A stretch of 64,000 bases of DNA, taken from positions 6,598 to 70,597 of the forward strand of contig DVJD01000089.1 in the NCBI GenBank assembly GCA_018710785.1, given 5' to 3'. A program made the position numbers and the translations under genes. The stretch comes from Candidatus Fimimorpha excrementavium (GTDB taxonomy: Bacteria; Bacillota; Clostridia; Lachnospirales; Lachnospiraceae). Below are positions 62,186 to 64,000 of this stretch, one piece after another; position 1 is the first letter of the stretch, and each line of letters begins with the position of its first letter. The notes under the pieces were generated by a model, which worked only from the letters and a program-made list of their open reading frames with translations, did no database searches and was not told the DNA's origin.

Positions 62186-63298
62186 TTGGATCGAGAAGAA
62201 AACAAGCAGAATAAATTGGAATGGAATAGAAAGTATTTGAAAATAGGCATCTATATGTTTCTGTTCCTGATAGTCAGCGCCATTGCAGTGAAGCTGATCT
62301 TTGGCTGGGATGAAACTTCCAGCTCCATTGGAAATTTTATCAGCGCACTGTCCCCGTTTTTGATCGGCTTTTTTATCGCCTATCTTTTGAATCCGGCCAT
62401 TAAAGCCATGGATTTTCATGTATTTCAAAGATTGTGTCATATCAAGTCAAGAAATGTGCGGGAACTATTGGCAATGATTGTAACGTATCTGCTGGTGATC
62501 GGCCTGATTATAGTGTCTTTTGTCTTTTTGATTCCGCAGATCGGACAGAGCATTACAGATTTGTTTAATCAGCTTCCTGGATGGATCAGCGAGACAAGCC
62601 GGTTTTTGGATTCTCTGGTGGCAAATAATCCCAATGCGGACTCCATTCTTAAAACAGCCAGGACCTGCAATGCCATTTTCAGTGGATTTATCAGCGGAAA
62701 GACAGTGGATTCTTTCATTATCGGAGTGCTTTGCTTTCTTCTCATGTCCATCCTTCAGCTTCCGTACGCACTGCTGATTAGTCTCATTGTAGGGGTCACA
62801 AATATGATTCCTTATTTTGGCCCGTTTATCGGTGCAGTACCGGGGGCGCTGATTATTTTACTGATTTCTCCCTGGAAAATGATCGTATACCTGATCATGA
62901 TCCTGGTTCTGCAGCAGTTTGATGGTTTGTATTTGGGACCGAAGATTTTAGGGGACTCCACAGGACTTCGCCCCATATGGATCATTTTTGCCATCACCAT
63001 CGGAGGAGCCTTGATGGGATTTGTGGGTATGTTTTTAGGGGTCCCCTGTGTGGCAGTGATATCCTATCTCACAGGAGAGTGGATTGACAGACGTCTGGAA
63101 AAGAGGGGGATTGACAGTGAAAGTCTGAAAATACGGCCGGAAGAACAGACAGAAGAGGGCTGGAAAAGAAAAAAGGCTGCCAGGAGAAAACGCTGGAGCC
63201 AAAATGGTCTTTTCATCAAACGGGAAGAAGATAAAAAGGAAGAAACGGACGACGGAAGCAAAGAGATAAGTAAAATCGATGACGAAGAAAATGTGTAA
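62186..63298 (+). CDS. AI-2E (PerM) family transporter
   Basis: Polytopic protein with ...VTNMIPYFGPFIGAVPGALI... and ...GLRPIWIIFAITIGGALMGFVGMFLGVP.... TTG start 6 nt after GAGGTGA. Charged C-terminal tail. Confidence 0.8.
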   Translation: MDREENKQNKLEWNRKYLKIGIYMFLFLIVSAIAVKLIFGWDETSSSIGNFISALSPFLIGFFIAYLLNPAIKAMDFHVFQRLCHIKSRNVRELLAMIVTYLLVIGLIIVSFVFLIPQIGQSITDLFNQLPGWISETSRFLDSLVANNPNADSILKTARTCNAIFSGFISGKTVDSFIIGVLCFLLMSILQLPYALLISLIVGVTNMIPYFGPFIGAVPGALIILLISPWKMIVYLIMILVLQQFDGLYLGPKILGDSTGLRPIWIIFAITIGGALMGFVGMFLGVPCVAVISYLTGEWIDRRLEKRGIDSESLKIRPEEQTEEGWKRKKAARRKRWSQNGLFIKREEDKKEETDDGSKEISKIDDEENV

Positions 63299-63350
63299 AA
63301 AAGGAAGACATCGAGCGGACATACATCCGTTTCAAAACGCGGACAGCAAA

Positions 63351-63404
63351 GGCAGACAGTTTTGAAAAATCAGTCAGATTTTGGGGGAACCGTCTGCCTT
63401 TTTT
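63351..63404 (+). terminator. Terminator after the AI-2E gene
   Basis: GGCAGAC (63351-63357) pairs with GTCTGCC (63392-63398), then TTTTTT. The loop is long. Confidence 0.5.
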
Positions 63405-63509
63405 GCGGGCAAGAAAAATACATCATTTTTCTGCAAATGTACATTCTTTTTTGGCTTTGAATTGATATAATGATTAAACACTTTGAGATTGTGCAAGGAG
63501 GGATCCAGT

Positions 63510-64000
63510 ATGAAACCAATTCGATGGTTCATGTCCTATCTGAAGAAGTATCGGTGGTATATGACAGGCGGTCTGATATTGGTTGTGATCACGACGGCCA
63601 TGTCACTGATCAACCCCCATATTTCCGGTCAGATCGTGGACGATGTCATCCAGGGAGGCGCGTTTGAGCTGCTGCCGCGGCTGATTTTCATTTTAATCGC
63701 TGTGACGGTTCTGCGTTCTGCGTTTCGATTTACGTTTTTGATGATGTTCGAAACATCAAGCCAGGGAGTTTTGTACTCTCTTAGGGAAGCCGTCTTCAAA
63801 AAATTCATGAAGGAGGACTTCGATTTTTACAACCGCAACCGGACGGGTGATTTGATGTCCAGACAGACGGGAGATATGGACGCGGTCCGTCATTTTGTTT
63901 CCCATGTCATCTATTTTAGTTTTGAAAATGTTCTGACATTCTTGTTTGCGCTGGTTATGATCTTCACGGTGAATGTGAAGCTGGCGGTCTGCATGCTGGT
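63510..64000 (+). CDS. ABC exporter, fused permease/ATPase type (N-terminal TMD only; 3' end outside the window)
   Basis: ATG 63510, 8 nt after AAGGAGGG. MKPIRWFMSYLKKYRWYMTGGLILVVITTAMSLINPHISGQIVDDVI is a typical exporter TMD start. The frame stays open to the window end. It is not in the ORF track because no stop is present. Confidence 0.8.
   Translation, partial: MKPIRWFMSYLKKYRWYMTGGLILVVITTAMSLINPHISGQIVDDVIQGGAFELLPRLIFILIAVTVLRSAFRFTFLMMFETSSQGVLYSLREAVFKKFMKEDFDFYNRNRTGDLMSRQTGDMDAVRHFVSHVIYFSFENVLTFLFALVMIFTVNVKLAVCML

Noticed and set aside
63470-63667. 65-aa ORF at the start of the final gene.
   Set aside because: It is out of frame with, and overlaps, the ABC exporter ORF. That ORF starts at 63510 with a strong RBS and stays open to the window end.

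Overview
The window looks like a chromosomal segment of an anaerobic Firmicute. I infer a Clostridia or Lachnospiraceae-style gut organism from about 50% GC, GGAGG-type ribosome-binding sites (RBS), a T-box leader, a V-type ATPase and LplABC-type sugar transporters. No similarity search was possible. All calls rest on motifs read in the supplied translations and on hairpins and repeats read in the DNA.

Gene content, in order:
- nudC, 5' partial.
- A tightly packed operon: hypothetical gene, PHP phosphoesterase, four ABC importer genes, and a CX5R phosphatase.
- A cluster of long-hairpin repeats.
- thrS with a Thr (ACC) T-box leader.
- A lipoprotein cell-wall amidase with tandem repeats.
- A self-contained three-gene 2-aminoethylphosphonate (AEP) biosynthesis module. 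Its PEP mutase is fused to a cytidylyltransferase domain.
- An exported flavodoxin lipoprotein, an apparently disrupted DUF4405 gene, and a TetR regulator.
- A uronate or glycosaminoglycan-type utilisation locus: membrane-anchored AraC regulator, LplABC-like transporter, SGNH esterase, PL8-like lyase, Cys-type sulfatase and GH88.
- potABCD and a DUF975 fusion membrane protein.
- A low-GC remnant of an AbiE toxin-antitoxin pair, and an orphan eutH.
- A dacB-like / DEDDh exonuclease / ABC exporter operon.
- A nine-gene V-type ATPase operon.
- LysR and MATE genes, then trmB, tadA, tatD and rsmA housekeeping genes interleaved with unknowns.
- An orphan SagB-type dehydrogenase, two tRNA-Lys(CUU) genes, an AI-2E transporter, and the start of an ABC exporter.

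I saw no CRISPR array, integrase, transposase, reverse transcriptase or recognisable intact defence system.

The most unusual signals are these:
1. A family of roughly 153-bp long-hairpin elements, three to four copies. The core is conserved. The terminal stems differ between copies but are perfectly compensated. An asymmetric GNRA-capped side hairpin is present.
2. The phosphonate module with its ECT-like cytidylyltransferase-PepM fusion, and no transferase nearby.
3. The ABC importer bracketed by two different phosphoesterase families.

Several ORF-track starts were moved to downstream start codons that have proper RBS spacing.
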